From contig MU058065.1 in NCBI GenBank assembly GCA_013265495.1, positions 8,473,819 through 8,537,818 of the forward strand: a stretch of 64,000 nucleotides of DNA, read 5' to 3'. Under the pieces are notes generated by a model that was not told the DNA's origin, ran no database searches, and saw only the letters and a program-made list of their open reading frames with translations. Every line of letters starts with the position of its first letter. The first letter of the stretch is position 1. The position numbers and the translations under genes were made by a program. Shown here in pieces: positions 40,509-54,374 of this stretch. Source of the stretch: Vicugna vicugna. Its lineage: Eukaryota.

Positions 40509-40832
40509 AAAATTTTATTTATTTATTGAAATATAGTTGATGTACAGTATAGTGATACACAATTTTTGAAGGTTATACTCCATTATAGTTATTATGAGAT
40601 ATTTACTATATTCCCCCATGTTGTACAATACATCCTTGTAGTTTATTTTATACCTAATAGTTTGTACCTCTTAATCCCCTACCCTTATATTGCCCCTCCC
40701 CTCTCCCTACTAATAACCACTAGTTTGTTCTCGATATCTGTGAGTCTGCTTCTTTTCTGTTATATTCACTAGTTTGCTGTATTTTTTGGATTCCACATAA
40801 AAGTGGTATCATATGGTATTTGTCTTTGTCTG
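40509..40832 (-). mobile_element. L1 3'-end fragment (older artiodactyl-type)
   Basis: L1 3'UTR-like text; flanked by TAACC(A/G)ATTCACTTTT repeats. Confidence 0.78.
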
Positions 40833-40848
40833 TAACCGATTCACTTTT

Positions 40849-40939
40849 TTTTTTTTTAAATGGAGGTCCTGAGAGTTGAACCCAGGACCTCGTGCATATT
40901 AGGCATGCGCTCTACCCCTGAGCTATACCCTCCTGCACG
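40849..40939 (-). mobile_element. Short Vic-1-like SINE immediately upstream of PECR exon 3
   Basis: Reverse complement reads GGAGGGTATAGCTCAGGGGTAGAG...GGGTTCAACTC, followed by an A tail. Confidence 0.82.
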
Positions 40940-40970
40940 TAATGGATTCACTTTTAATGTTTTTATTTAG

Positions 40971-41150
<180 letters not shown>

Positions 41151-42495
41151 TAATCCAAAAACTCAAACTGTCTTTATGTAAGGATCATACATAGAGAATC
41201 CTGAAAGAGAAATTGTTAGGGGCTCAGAAGCTTACGTCATCAACATCAACATTTATGGTTCTGATTTAAGTTACATACATCATAGCAATGTAATTCCTAC
41301 ATTTCTGGATAGTAATTTGGCAGTATATATAAAATAGGAATGTTGTTTGATCTTATAATTTTATTTCTAGAATGTTATGAAAAAATTTTCAAGAGTTTGT
41401 ACAAAGATATAGCTACAAAGTGTGTCATAAAATTATAGAAAACAGACTGATTTTGTTTTTGAGAAATGAAACTGTTAATTTTTTTATAAGGATCTGCTGA
41501 TTATTTCAGTCAGATCTTCAGGGAGAATACCAGGCAGAGTCCATATTCTTTCTGACTAATAACAAATTACCACACATGCATAGTCTTTGCATTTCAGGTT
41601 ATGTTTCATAGGTAGTAATATTAAACTCCTGAAGTTGGGTAACTCAAGGATTTCCTTACAAACTATCCAAGACATTTGTATGCTGAAAAATGTAGAATGA
41701 ATTTAATTTTGACCCACAGGATCTTCACCCCAACATGGGTTAGGCTTTATATTCTTAGATCTCTAAATCAAAGGTTTTGCAGGCATTCCCAACCTTCATC
41801 TTTATCTAACTAATGGTATAAAGTGCTGTATTAATTGTGGTATGGGATTGGCTGCTGCAGTGTAGAAGTCCAAAAAAAACCAGGAACTTAAATAAGATAG
41901 TTGAGTTCTCTCTCAACGTAAAAAGTCAGGGGATATAGTCCAGGGATAATATGGTTGTTCCATGATTGTTAGAGATTTAGTGTCTTTGACGTGTGTTTCC
42001 ATCTCATGGTCCAAAGTGGCTGCTTCAGTTCCTGCTGTTGTTTTTTTTGTTTTGTTTTGTTTTGGTTTTTTCAGTTCCTGCTCTTGTAACTGCATTCCAG
42101 ACAGCAGGAATGGGGGAAAATGTAATACTCAGTATTTTTAAGGGCACCATCTGGAAGTAGCACCATTGCATTTACTGATATTCATCAGTTAGAACTCAGA
42201 TAAATGATTGTACCTACCTATAAGGAGACTGAGAAATACAATCTTTAGGTGAGTAGCTATGTGCCTAAATACAAATTCTATTTCTATGCAAGGAGAAGAA
42301 AATGAGCATTAGGAGATAGCTTATAGTCTCTGCATTCATAGCTCAGAGCTTTGACACCTTCTAACATTCAATCAGCAGTCTCTTACTCACCTGAGGTTCC
42401 TTGCTAACAGCTATTAATTAGAAGTCTTCAGAGTCTAGATTCAGTTATGGTTTTTATTAGCCAGAATTGAAGTAAAGAATACAGGGCTTATAGGG

Positions 42496-42641
42496 TTTTT
42501 TTTTTTTTTTTCGGCCGGGATGGGGGTTGGATGGAAGGGAGGTAATTAGGTTTATCTCTTAATGGCGATACTGGAGATTGAATCCAGGACCTTGTGCGTG
42601 CTAAGTACAGTGCTCTACCTCTGAACTACACCCTCCCTTCC
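42496..42641 (-). mobile_element. Vic-1-like SINE
   Basis: tRNA-like head, AAACCTAATTACC tail and poly(A). Confidence 0.8.
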
Positions 42642-43379
42642 AGGGTCTGTAGTTTTGTTTTGTTTAGTTTTGTTTTGTTTTGACTTTAAACAAGGAGGCT
42701 TTTAGCTCTTGGTTTTTAAAACAAGGAATATTAAACTTTTCTGTACCATACTAATAATAGTGAAAAACTGAAAACCACTTAAATACTGTAGACTAAAATA
42801 TCAGTTGAGTGAAGTTTTATAATTTGTAGGGTAGAGTGCTATATAGCCACTGAAAATGCTGGCAAAAGTATGTTTTTCAATATGAAAAGATATTCCCAGA
42901 TATCATTGAGTGAAAAAGCAGGTTATAAAACATACTGTTCAGCATGATTGTATTTCTGCAAAAAAAACTATATATTTGTATGTGAATATATATGAATAGA
43001 AGTAATTCTGAAGGAGTTTATACCAAAATATTGACATATATTATCTCAGGGAGGTAAAATTAGATACCGTTTTTATCTTTTTGCTTATCTACTTTTTCTA
43101 GTTTTTCTAAAATTAACATGTATTGTTTATTTAATTAAAATGATTTAAATTATGACTGCATTGAAGTCCCAGCTTTTTTTCTTCTTGTACTCTTTGACAC
43201 GATATGCTGTTGTTAAAGAATTATGGGAAAATCCACATAAAAATTACTGATGAGTTTGAACTTACCTATGCCTTAAATTATTCATTTTATAATATAGGAA
43301 TTTTTTTCTCCCAATTTATTTTTGGGGAAAATCTTGAATATATATACCAATTAAAGGAATAATACAATGAACTCCTATA

Positions 43380-43503
43380 CAGGCATACTTCATTTGATTA
43401 CACTTTGCTTTATTGTACTTCACATGTACTGCGTTGTTTACAGATTGAGGGTTTGTGGCAACCCTGCATCAAACAAGTCTATCAGCACTGTTTTTTCCAA
43501 CAA
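43380..43503 (+). mobile_element. Tigger1 terminal fragment
   Basis: TA+CAGGCATAC...GGTTTGTGGCAACCCTGCATCAAACAAGTCTATC. Confidence 0.7.
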
Positions 43504-43535
43504 AAAGTACACAAGAGCCATCTTGAATAAGCTTC

Positions 43536-44027
43536 TATAATGATTAATTTTATGTATCAACCTGACAGGGCCACGGAGTGCTAAGATCTTTGGTCAGACT
43601 TTGTTCTGGGTGTTTCTCTGAGGATGTTTTTGGATGAGATTAACATTTAAATCAGTAGACTGAGTAAAATTGGTAGACTGATTGTCCTTCCTAGTTTGGG
43701 TGGTCCTCATCCAATCAGTTAAAAATCCACCCTTCCCTATTACCTTTGAACTGAGACACTGGGTTTTCCTGCCTTTCCATTCACACCAAAACAGACTCTT
43801 CCTGGGTCTAAAGCTTCCAGCCTTCAGACTAGATACAGTTTCTCCTGGTTCTCAGTCTTCTGGACTCAGACTGGATACACATTGGCTCTTCTGGGTCTCC
43901 AGCTTGCTGACTGCAGATGTTGTGACTTTTTAGCTTTCATGTCTGGTAAGCTGATTCCTCATAATAAATCTGTTTCTCTCTTTATAAACATCCTATTGAC
44001 TCTGTTTTTCTGGAGAGCTGTAATACA
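43536..44027 (+). mobile_element. MLT2-type ERVL solo LTR
   Basis: 5-bp TSD GCTTC (43531-43535, 44028-44032); GGATGAGATTAACATTTAAATCAGTAGACTGAGTAAA motif. Confidence 0.8.
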
Positions 44028-44881
44028 GCTTCCATTGGTCAAAAATGGCATTTTTGTGGCATTGATGGCACAAAAATGGCAGTGACATTGATTGATATTG
44101 ATGAGTTATGCTTAAATCCATGAGTTCAAAATTATTCTCAGAAAAAACAATTGGTCATTTTTGGAGGATGCTGAGACCCAACTCAGCCTTTTTATAATTG
44201 CCTTTTTATAATTGCCAAAAGGAGAGAATCAAGAACGTTATCTTCATCATCTTCATTTCCTATACAAAGTGTCCATTGGGGAAACAGAGGAATCATGGTA
44301 AAATGAAGAAAATCCCATCTTCAGCTAATGAGTGAGTGGATCTAGGCAACAATCATCAGTGGCAGATTAACATCACATCACAAAGGAGATAGGCAAACAT
44401 CTTATCCCGGTAATTGAATTATCTATTTTTGATTGGTTCTTTATAGTTTCTAGTTCCTTGTTACAGTGATTTGCATTTCTATCAATAACCTTTCTTAATT
44501 CAGTTAACATTTTTATTACCTGTAATAGTAAACTGGTGAGCTCTGTTTCATAATTTTTTGTTTTATGGGATTTTTCTTATTCTTTTGATTGGGTGTAGTT
44601 CCTCTGACTTTTCATATTGCATAACTTTCTCCATCTCAATGCATACTCTTGAATTATTTTCTTTTTTTTAAGAATTTTATTTAAATTTATAGAATGGTGT
44701 TTATGTCTATTATCTCATTTAATACTCATAATGCCTCCTTGATGTAGGTGGGACAAAAAACATCATATCTGAGCTCAAATTTAGGACATCCAGCCCTAGA
44801 TCACGTAGGGGCAGGCCTCAGACCAAAGTCTTATAAATTTACATCTCTTCTTCAGTATATTGTGCTGCCTCAAAATCCATT

Positions 44882-44921
44882 AGACGAGATCGGGCGTGTT
44901 CAGGGTGGTATGGCCGTAGAC
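44882..44921 (-). pseudogene. 5S rRNA 5' fragment (nt 1-40), tailless retropseudogene
   Basis: Reverse complement reads GTCTACGGCCATACCACCCTGAACACGCCCGATCTCGTCT, the mammalian 5S start with one CpG transition. TSD CCTCAAAATCCATTA at 44868-44882 and 44921-44935. Confidence 0.92.
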
Positions 44922-44964
44922 CTCAAAATCCATTAAACACTAGTAATTTCAAATTTTGTAAAAG

Positions 44965-45185
44965 AAAATGGTGGTTGCAGGAGCTTCAGGGAGAGGAGAA
45001 TGGGGAATTAATGCTTAATGAGAATGGAATTTCAGTTTTGCAAGTTGAAAAAAATTTTTCAAGATGGATGGTGGTAATGGTTACACAACAGTATGAATGT
45101 ACTTAATACCACTGAACTGAACACTTAAAAATGGTCAAGATAATAAATTTTATGTTACATGTCTTTTACCACATTAAAAAAAAAT
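44965..45185 (+). mobile_element. Old L1M(B-type) 3' end
   Basis: GATGGATGGTGGTAATGGTTACACAACA...CACTTAAAAATGGT, followed by an A tail. Confidence 0.7.
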
Positions 45186-46427
45186 TGCAAGGAGAAAAGG
45201 ACCCTTGAGTTATTTTGACCATAGGATTTGTTCCTTAATTTGTACATTGGAAAATTCAACATTCTAGGTTTCTCTAAATTATTTAGTTTTGCAATTGCTG
45301 TGATTCTTATCAGGTTGGTAGTTGCTTGTAAGCTTTTCCTGTTGTTTTAGGAGACTTTCTTCTTGTACATTTGTCTTTCTTCTTACAATTTGTTCTTGGT
45401 GACTGTATAGTTTGATGACTCTCTGAAATATCTTGAAGAAATATCTACAAAATAACCCTAGAAAAGTTTCAGGGGAGAAACACATAGGTGATTTCAGAAC
45501 TCTAAAACTTATGGAAGTATTTAACCAGAAGCAGGCAATCCGTGTAGGTAATTCAAATAAATTTATTCTCCTTTCTTATGCTTGTATCAAACGGTTTTAG
45601 AATTTTAAAACATTTGATATGGTACATACTGCTTTATTTATTATAATTTCCTTGACCATTTATTTTTTGGCTTGGCTATTCTTTACCATTTATTTTTTCA
45701 AATGAATTCTATATTCATATTTCTTTGTCAAAAATCCTGTTGGGGTATTTGATTGGAATTGTGTTAAACTTATTAATAATTTGGAAATGATTAATATGTT
45801 TAAGTATTATTTCCTTATCATAACTTATCTTTTCATCAAGGAACTCTTTTATACCTTTTGACAAAGGTTTGTCATTTTTATCATGTAGATTGCATATATT
45901 TTCTAAGGTCACACCTAAATATTTTTGATGGCTATTGCTATTTTGAATGAGCTCTTTTTCCATTTATTTAGTACTGGGGTATTGTTGGTTTATAGAATAA
46001 TAATTTTAAAAGTATATTTTACAGCTTTTCTAATGATTTGCTGCTCTTTCTACTGGTTTGTCAAATTATTCTCTTGGGTTTTCCAGGTATATAATCATGT
46101 TGTCTTAAAAAATAGCTACTATGTTATTTTATGGAGTCAAAAATACAGTCAATTGTGAAATGCACTGTCATTTTATATATTGTTGCATATGTAAAAACAG
46201 TGCTAATTGTTTTTATCCCTACTTCAGCAGTGTGAAAATAGTGTGAAAAAGTTGTTTTTGATTTAAAAAATATTGTAAGTTATGTTTTCTTTTCTAATGG
46301 TTTTACCTCCTTTTTATGAAAGTCAATATTTTTATAAAAGGAAAATGTGAATTGAAATTTTTAAAATATCAGATAAGTAACATGCTGGCACAGGGGATCA
46401 GGGAAGGATTAGGAGACTACTTAATAG

Positions 46428-46532
<105 letters not shown>

Positions 46533-46710
46533 TAAGCACTTTTCTATTTTTCTTCCCGTATTTTAGAGTTTTGTCCTCTGAAGGGGTTAGTCAGGTAGGG
46601 AAAATTCCTTAAATCAAGATTATTAATCCCTTTAATGAGTTGTTATCTTAATACTTAGTGTTCCCTCTATTGAACTTCAAAATGTACTTCTAAAACATTA
46701 GCATTCATGT

Positions 46711-46885
46711 TAGAGTTACCAGATTCACCAGAAAAATAAAAACAAACAGTGCACCCAGTTAAATAATTTTTTATTATAAGTATGTCCCAAATATCGCATG
46801 GGACATAGTTACGCTAAAAATTATTTGTTGTCTGTCTAGAAATTCAAATTTAACTCTATGTCCTGTATTCTGTCTGGCAACCCTA
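46711..46885. mobile_element. MER53-like palindromic hAT MITE
   Basis: TIRs TAGAGTTACCAGA / TCTGGCAACCCTA; central AGTATGTCCCA...TGGGACATA inverted repeat. Confidence 0.75.
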
Positions 46886-48689
46886 ATTTAGATGTAATTC
46901 ATCTTTTTTGTTAAAGCATAGAAATGAAATTAATCTATGTTAACTTAGATTTGAACACTGTGGATAGTGAATATACCTATTTAGATTTAGATAGAACTGC
47001 TAATAAATTGTTACTCCATAATGGAATTTGACTTATTTGACTCTTGTTCTGATTTTGATAAATTTTTATGTTGGAGACTGATTTTTTTTTAAATAAAGGA
47101 AGTCAATGAACTCATTTAGCCTACTGGCTCAGTAGACTCTTCCATGATAGTCTAAAAGGCCATTCAAACAGAAAAGTTGAAAAACAACAATATACTAGGA
47201 AGCTACCTAGCAGTTAAAAATTTTGATTTTTAAAAAATGAGTTTTGCTGATTTCCTTAGTGCCTTTTATAATTCCTGATTCCTTCCATTTTAAAAAATTT
47301 AAAATTAAAAAAAATTTTTCCAACAATTTCTGTGTTTATGAAGTGGACATATTTTAGTGTTATGAAAGAAATGCATGCTGGTTTAAATAAATAAATAAGT
47401 AGATAGATACATAAAAAATAGTTAAAAGAACTGTATAAGGTGGAAAGTCAAGTCTTCTATACACTTCCACCCCAGAAATAACTAAGGAAGGTAGTGATTT
47501 TAATTCCTTTGTAATTATTAAACAGTCTGTAGGGTGATATTTTGGTACTGTGTTCCTATGCTGTTTGCCATCATGATTTTAGCAACCATTGTTGATCCTT
47601 ACCCGAATCGCTTATTACATTGCGGGTGTGCAAATGTTGATTTTTCTGATTTTGTAATTGCTTCTATATTTTTTAGCTGGTATTCTTATTAAGAGACTTC
47701 TACACCACAACCGTCATGTCTCTCTGCATGTTTGTTACTAACTTTTTTGGTATACTACTGTGGAATCATGGATTTCTTTTCAAATTCATTGTTTCAAATG
47801 CACACATTGTCTCAAATTTAGTAGAACTTTGTGCTGTTTCTGTGTTTTGCTATTCCAAATAATTCTGCGGTGAACACTGTAGGTGTGTGTTTCATGTCTG
47901 TGGAGGTACATCTTCAGGGTTCACCCTGGAAGTTGGATTGCTGGGTGAAGGTAAATGCATACCGTTCAGCATTTCTAGGTTTCTTTCCACTTTGCACTTC
48001 CATCCACGATGAATGAGAGGGCCTGTTCCCCACAGCCTCACTGAAGATATGTCTTGTCAATTTCCAGACAACTCTGATGGAAAAGAAATAGTATTCTCAG
48101 TGGAAAACCCCTCAGGGAGCGAGTAAATGTCTTTTCATTTGTTGAAGGGCCGCTTGAGTATCTCTTGTGTGTATGTTTGAACTGTATTGCTGTTTTTGCA
48201 CATGTTTCTCTGGAGTTCTGATCATTTTCTGACATTTTCAGTGTCATCTAAGACCAGTCCGATTTCCCTGTGCAAGGAAGTTTAGACTGACCTGCTGAGT
48301 TTGGGGGTCATTATCAATAATTACAAGGGTGAGAGATGGACCAAAAAGCAGCTCATATCTCCATGGAGAGATGCTTCATAGGCCAAATGCCCATCAATGA
48401 GTGAATGAATAAACAGATTGTGGTAAATCTGTACAATGGACTAATAATCAGAAGTAGAAAGGAGTGAACTATTTATTCGTGCAACAATGTGAATAAATCT
48501 CAAAATAATTATTCTGAGTAATAGAAGCCAGATAGAAAAGGACATGTATGTATGATTTCATTTATATGTTTAAGTCATAGTAGTATTTAAAAAGTTTTTT
48601 CGTGCTAGGTTCACTGAGATTGGACATCATTCTGCCTCTTATCTGTAAATTAATGGAGAAAAATGAAGCAGTGTGACAGCCTTCAAAGT

Positions 48690-50670
48690 AGTTTATCTCT
48701 TACTTAGTCTGTTACTGCAGACTGTAAGAAGTTTTAAACCACATCTGATACAGAAATAGGGCCTTAGTACTTCAAAACATTTTATCAGTAAAAGAATAGT
48801 AGTGAGACATTATTCAAATGGTAGAATGAAATCTCACTGAACTCATAGTCCAGATAAACGCCCTTCCTTCTCTCTGGACTTTTCCTTTAGAGGAAGAGGA
48901 GCGGGAACAACGCCTCACGTGACATAGGCACCAGCCTGCAGCTTGAACTGCCCGCCATCTGTTCTGTTTTAATGGGGGTCACTTTCCCTTTCTGGAAAGG
49001 GAGTTTTTACAAACTCTGTGATCCATTCAGGCTTCTCATCCACCTGGACTTCCAGGAATGCTAGCCGAGACCAGATCCTTCAGAACCAGGACTCCTGGAT
49101 AAGCCATAAATCTCTCTGGATTCGGGTTAATTCTACTTTTTCTTCATCACTGTCACAGATTTTTTTTTTTTTTAGCCTCAAAGACAAGCAGATTAGGATG
49201 TGCTGTTTCAAAATTCAGAGTGACTTTCACGTTCTGTATAATTTTCTGTGGTGCCAAGTGCTGCAGAGGAAGACCTCATCCTTCCTTCCGTGACTGGAAC
49301 CAACAGAGGTCTGGGGGTCTCAGGCATTCATACCTGTCCTTGCTGGTCTTGACTTCCACCAGCAGTTTCACTTCTGACCTCACACTCTTCTCTGCCAACT
49401 TCTTTAGTCGATCTTTGAGTGTGGAAACGTAGCCTGAAAATGCTACCATGTTTGCCCTGAGTTTCTACTGAACATCCTTCTCTTCATCAGCTGACCTTGG
49501 GAGAACTGTGTAGGGGAGGAGAAGCAGTGTGTTCTCTGCCCTTCTGAGCTCTTAGCTGCAACCACTGTCATAAAAGGCAGATGAGCAAGAGAAAAACAAA
49601 CAGAAGTTTACTGACAGAACTACCTCATGTACACATGGGAGATACCCAGGAAAATGAGTAAGTGCCTGATGTGGCTTAGAATTCAGGATTAAATCCTATC
49701 CTAACAGGGAAAGGGGAGAAGGGACATAGGCCTCTCAGGGCAAGAGTAAATGATTTTTAGGGAAGAAGCATGGGCCCTTTGAAGAATGGATGGGAGGTGT
49801 GGTAGTTTGTGACAAAGTTTGGTTGTGGTGTTGACATCTAGTCTCCTCTCCTGTGACGACAGTCGATCTCCCAATTGATGGGACTCCCAGGGAGGGGGCT
49901 TATGACAATTGAATTCTTTTTGGCGGGTCAGGGGAGTTCAGAGAAAGCCTCTCTCTGCCTTTGCTGGTTTTCAAGTGCCTGCAGCTGAAAATAATCAATG
50001 TACCAGAGCAACGTATTTTGGCGTGGCATGTCCTGAACTCCTACAGTCATTATTTTGGGTGGCATATTCTGCTCCCTTTCAGCTGCCTCTTGCTCACCTT
50101 CAAACGGGTCCAGATGTTCAAATTCAGAGAGTAATTTCTGTTTCTGGAGCCTGCCTCCAGCCTCCTCAGTTCTAGTGGTTTTCTCTCTTGGGTAGCTGTT
50201 AGTTTCTGAACAGCTACCACTTTCTTCTTCAGGGGCTCCATGTAACTGCTGAGCCTCGTTCTGTGATGAGAGGTGACCTCATGTGGTGGCCCTGGTGGTC
50301 AGGGCTGAGTGCAAGGGCACGCGCGCCTCTGGGTCCTCCACACAGAGGAGGATGAGGACTTGACTGTGCTTCCTACAGAAGCACATCTGTTCTGCCCCTG
50401 CCTCTTGCTCCCAGTGGCGTGGAGCAGTGTGTTCACCCTGGTCATCCTGCCCAGTGGGGTGTGGCTCCAGGATGGCCTCTTCTAGGACTGATGGCAACAG
50501 CGCCCGGGAACCTGTCCTGTGAATCCCCCCTAGGACTGTTGGATGCAGTAGCACACAAGTGGGGGCCACACTTGTTGGTGATGAGGTTGCTCAGGTAATC
50601 CTGGCAATTGGAACAACTGGCTTCTATCCGGAGTCCCACCAGGGCTGCCGCAGCCCACACTGGGACTGAC
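48690..50670 (-). pseudogene. Decayed TRIM75/TRIM60-family (RING-Bbox-coiled coil-PRY/SPRY) retrocopy in PECR intron 4
   Basis: Peptide remnants AAALVGLRIEASCSNCQDYL, CIQQS*, CRKHSQVL, EPLKKKVVAVQKLTATQERKPLEL, VTLNFETAHPNLLV, GVYLDYEFSEISFY and LRPYF, with stops and frameshifts. Boundaries approximate. Confidence 0.82.
49509..50081 (-). mobile_element. ERV1 solo LTR (MER34/MER39-like) inserted in the TRIM pseudogene
   Basis: TG...CA ends; degenerate 4-bp TSD ACTG/GCTG; the TRIM reading frame (EQEA|VLPR) resumes across the insertion; GCCAC(C/G)CCAAAATA motif. Confidence 0.75.
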
Positions 50671-51286
50671 GTGGGCTTTCTTCAGGAGAACTGGGCTCTG
50701 AAGGTACTCTCCAGTGTGAGGAGTGGATGCACCCCCGGATCTCACACACTTGGTGCTGAGGACCTTGTAGTTAGAAACTCTAAACCATATTATGTCTCTA
50801 CCTTCTGCCTCTTATGGATACAGACCTAAATATTTTGAACCTCTTCTCTGGAAATATATTAAAATTTATTTAAATTTTGGTACATCTAGAAATTCTGTTA
50901 GTATTATTTCTAGCCTGATGTATGAATTTCACATCCCTTATTATCTAAAATTGATTTCAAAAATAACCACACTTGTAACCCTCAAAATTACCAATCTGTT
51001 TGTTTTCTGCTATAATAAAAAATTCTTCAAAATACTCCTCTTATGCACATGGTGATCTGGGGGATCTTATTTGGGCCTTGACTTACGTGAGATTTGTTTG
51101 ACTGTCAGATTGCTGTGATTTGGCTTTAATGTTGAACGACCTAGTTCTTTCTTAATTGTTCAGACAGGGACTCATAACAGGCATGTTCTTGCGGGGCTCT
51201 GACAGATCGTTGGTGCACTGTCACTTTAGTTAATGAGAGAAATAGGCAACAGAAGCTGATTGTAATGTTGGTGTTTTGTCTTTTAA

Positions 51287-51403
<117 letters not shown>

Positions 51404-52655
51404 TAAAAGCTGTTGACAAATTGTGCTCCTTTGATTCCATTTGTGTGATTGATGGAGGTATTTGTTAATGCACGTGTATACTAGAAAAGACTGGCTTTTA
51501 AAAACAGATAAAAATCACAAAGAAGTATTCTTTGATTTATAACCAGATTGTCAAGAAGGTTAAATTAAGCCAGTGATTCTCAGTCCTGGCTTTATATTGT
51601 CTGTATAATGTTTAAAAAATCATGATGTATAAGCTTGACTCCAAACTGTAGGTTCTAGGCATTGGTATTTTTAAAAGCTGATGCACAGTGAATGAAGTTC
51701 AATGCACAGAAGTTTGAGAACCACTACTTTAGAGAATGAATTTTTCTAGATTGTCTTGTTATTTCTTAGTGTATCATTAACCCTTTGTTAGGAGAGAGAG
51801 AAACTTAAAGTCAAAGTTTAAGAAGGAATTCCCAGTTAAAGATTAACTGTAAGTTGAGGAGAAATTTCTCTGAGACATAAGGTAAATGAGAGGGGAAAAA
51901 AGTCACAATGTGTTCAACTTCAAAAACTATCATATTATGTGAAGTAAGATGTAGCTTAAGCTTCCTTGGGGATTATTTATTGGCTCTGTACTCCAAGAGA
52001 GACATTAAATGAAACAGCTCATGCTTCCTGTAAAACTCGGCTCAAATCCACTTCTCTTGTGATAATTCCTGGTCATTGCTAAGATAGTAATCATCCTTCT
52101 ATCTGAAACCCTGTAACATCTGTGGGTATTATCTATAGGTTTAAATAAAACAATTCTTAAACAATTGAATTTTTAGTTTATTTATATTGGATCCAGATTT
52201 TTTATTTGTGATATCTCTTTAGGTGAAAAGCCATGAAAATATTGTTTTCTCTAAATCTTACTTAACCGTAGTCCAGTTTTCCACTGTAAAGCAGAGAATC
52301 CTCAACTGAAGATAAAACAGCCTCCCTGGGCCCATTTTTCCCAGTCATTGCTTCTCTGACCTACTCATGTGATTGTGCTTTCAGAAAGCAAGTCTTTTAT
52401 GAAAACATCCAGGGCTTGGCTGGTTATTAAGGGAGAGGAGGTCACAAAATGAGCATTCAGATAATCCATTTGTAACAGTGGTTGAACTGTACTTCTAAGA
52501 CCATATTGAGAAAAAATAACATTAGAAATGTTAACTTTTCTATTAAATTCAAACTACTTACTTATTGGTATTGGTTGACAGACTGCCTTGATGTCTTTAC
52601 AATAAAATTTAATTTTATGTACTTTACTTTGCTCTTCTTTTATTTTTAATCATAG

Positions 52656-52823
<168 letters not shown>

Positions 52824-53200
52824 TAACATTTAGGTGTACTTTTTGCGTAGTCTAGTTGGCTAATAGAGAAGATTTCTTTCATGCATCAAACTGTTTCCCC
52901 CGTGCTTCCTGGTTCCTGGGAATCCTATTGCTGGTGGTGCTTTGAATGCTCACAGCAGTGTTTATTCAGGAGTGGATGCAGTGTGGATTAAGAACAGCAT
53001 ATTTTTTACTGTTTCATTTCACTTTTCAAGCTACTTTATTTTATCACAGCATTTGATGGTAAAGAGGACCCCAAGCAGGTCAGTCTATTATGCCAAAATG
53101 AAGTTCCATACACAATTTCTGTAGATGGCCAGATTTAAGTATGTAAAAATCCATAGCTTTCTTAAATGCCAGCAATATCAGTCTTAAAATGTAATTTTTT

Positions 53201-53289
53201 TATGTTCATGTATAACTGAAAAATTGTGCTCTACACTGGAATTTGACACATTGTAAAATGATTATAAATCAATAAAAAATGTTAAAAAA
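53201..53289 (+). mobile_element. Short 5'-truncated L1 tail of the young family
   Basis: Matches about 63678-63770 and the corresponding part of 1-126. Confidence 0.8.
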
Positions 53290-54374
53290 TTATAATTTTT
53301 AAAAAGATCTTTTCCATAATAATAAAAACTAAAACACCTGAGTAAACTTAGCTATAAATGAAAAGTAATTTATTACCAAAGAACAGAAAAAAGACCAGAA
53401 TAGAGACATGTCATATTCCTCAATAGAGAGAGTCAATTTTATTAAAATCAAGTTTCCCTGAATTAATTTATTAATGTAAATTAATAAATTTAGTATAATT
53501 TTTGGAATTAACATATTGATTCTAAAGTTTGTGTAGAAAAATATTTATGCCGAAACAACCAAAAATGTTTTGAAAAAGAGTGAGTGGTTTTGACCTTTCT
53601 GTTATTAAAACCTACTGTAAAGCTATACTTATTTACCATATCCTGTGCTGGTGCTGGAAGAGATTAAAATCAGTGGAACAGAATGGACTCTTGTATACAT
53701 AGGAAATGTATAGGATAAAAGTATTGTTTCAAATCAGGACAGACCATTCAGCCAAAAGTCTTGCAGCAATTGGCTGATCATTTAGAAATAAATTAGACCC
53801 CCTAGCTCACGTCACATACAAAATCATTTTCAGATATATTAAAATGCTAAATGTAAAAGCAAAGCCATAAAGCTCTTAGAGGAAAACATGTTCTCTTCCT
53901 AGAACTTGCTTTCATCATCAGTTTGATGTACGTCTTTCCAGAAATTGACTGTGCATGCACAAAAATATTTCTATTTATTGACTTTTTTAAAAAAATGAGA
54001 TTCTACTGTATGTTATTTTCTGAAACTTTCTGTGGATGTAACATAGTATATTTCATTAGCCCCTATTGTTGCATACTTAGATTCTAGTTATGTATTTTAT
54101 ATTGTAGTAGTTCTGCAGTGAACATTCTTGAATGTAGTCATGCACTCTTGTGTGAAGGGGTAACTTTCTAGAAAGAGAATTCCCGAACTAAGACAGGCTT
54201 GCATATTAAATTTTAGAAGATACTGTTAAATCAAACATTTGATGAGCTATTTTAAATAAGGTGTTTGGACTTTTATATGGAAAACTAAGAGCAATTTTAA
54301 AGAATTTCAATCAAGGGAATGATCTGATTAAATTTTTGTTTTGGAGAGAATACTTGTTCTGTTTACATGAGCTA

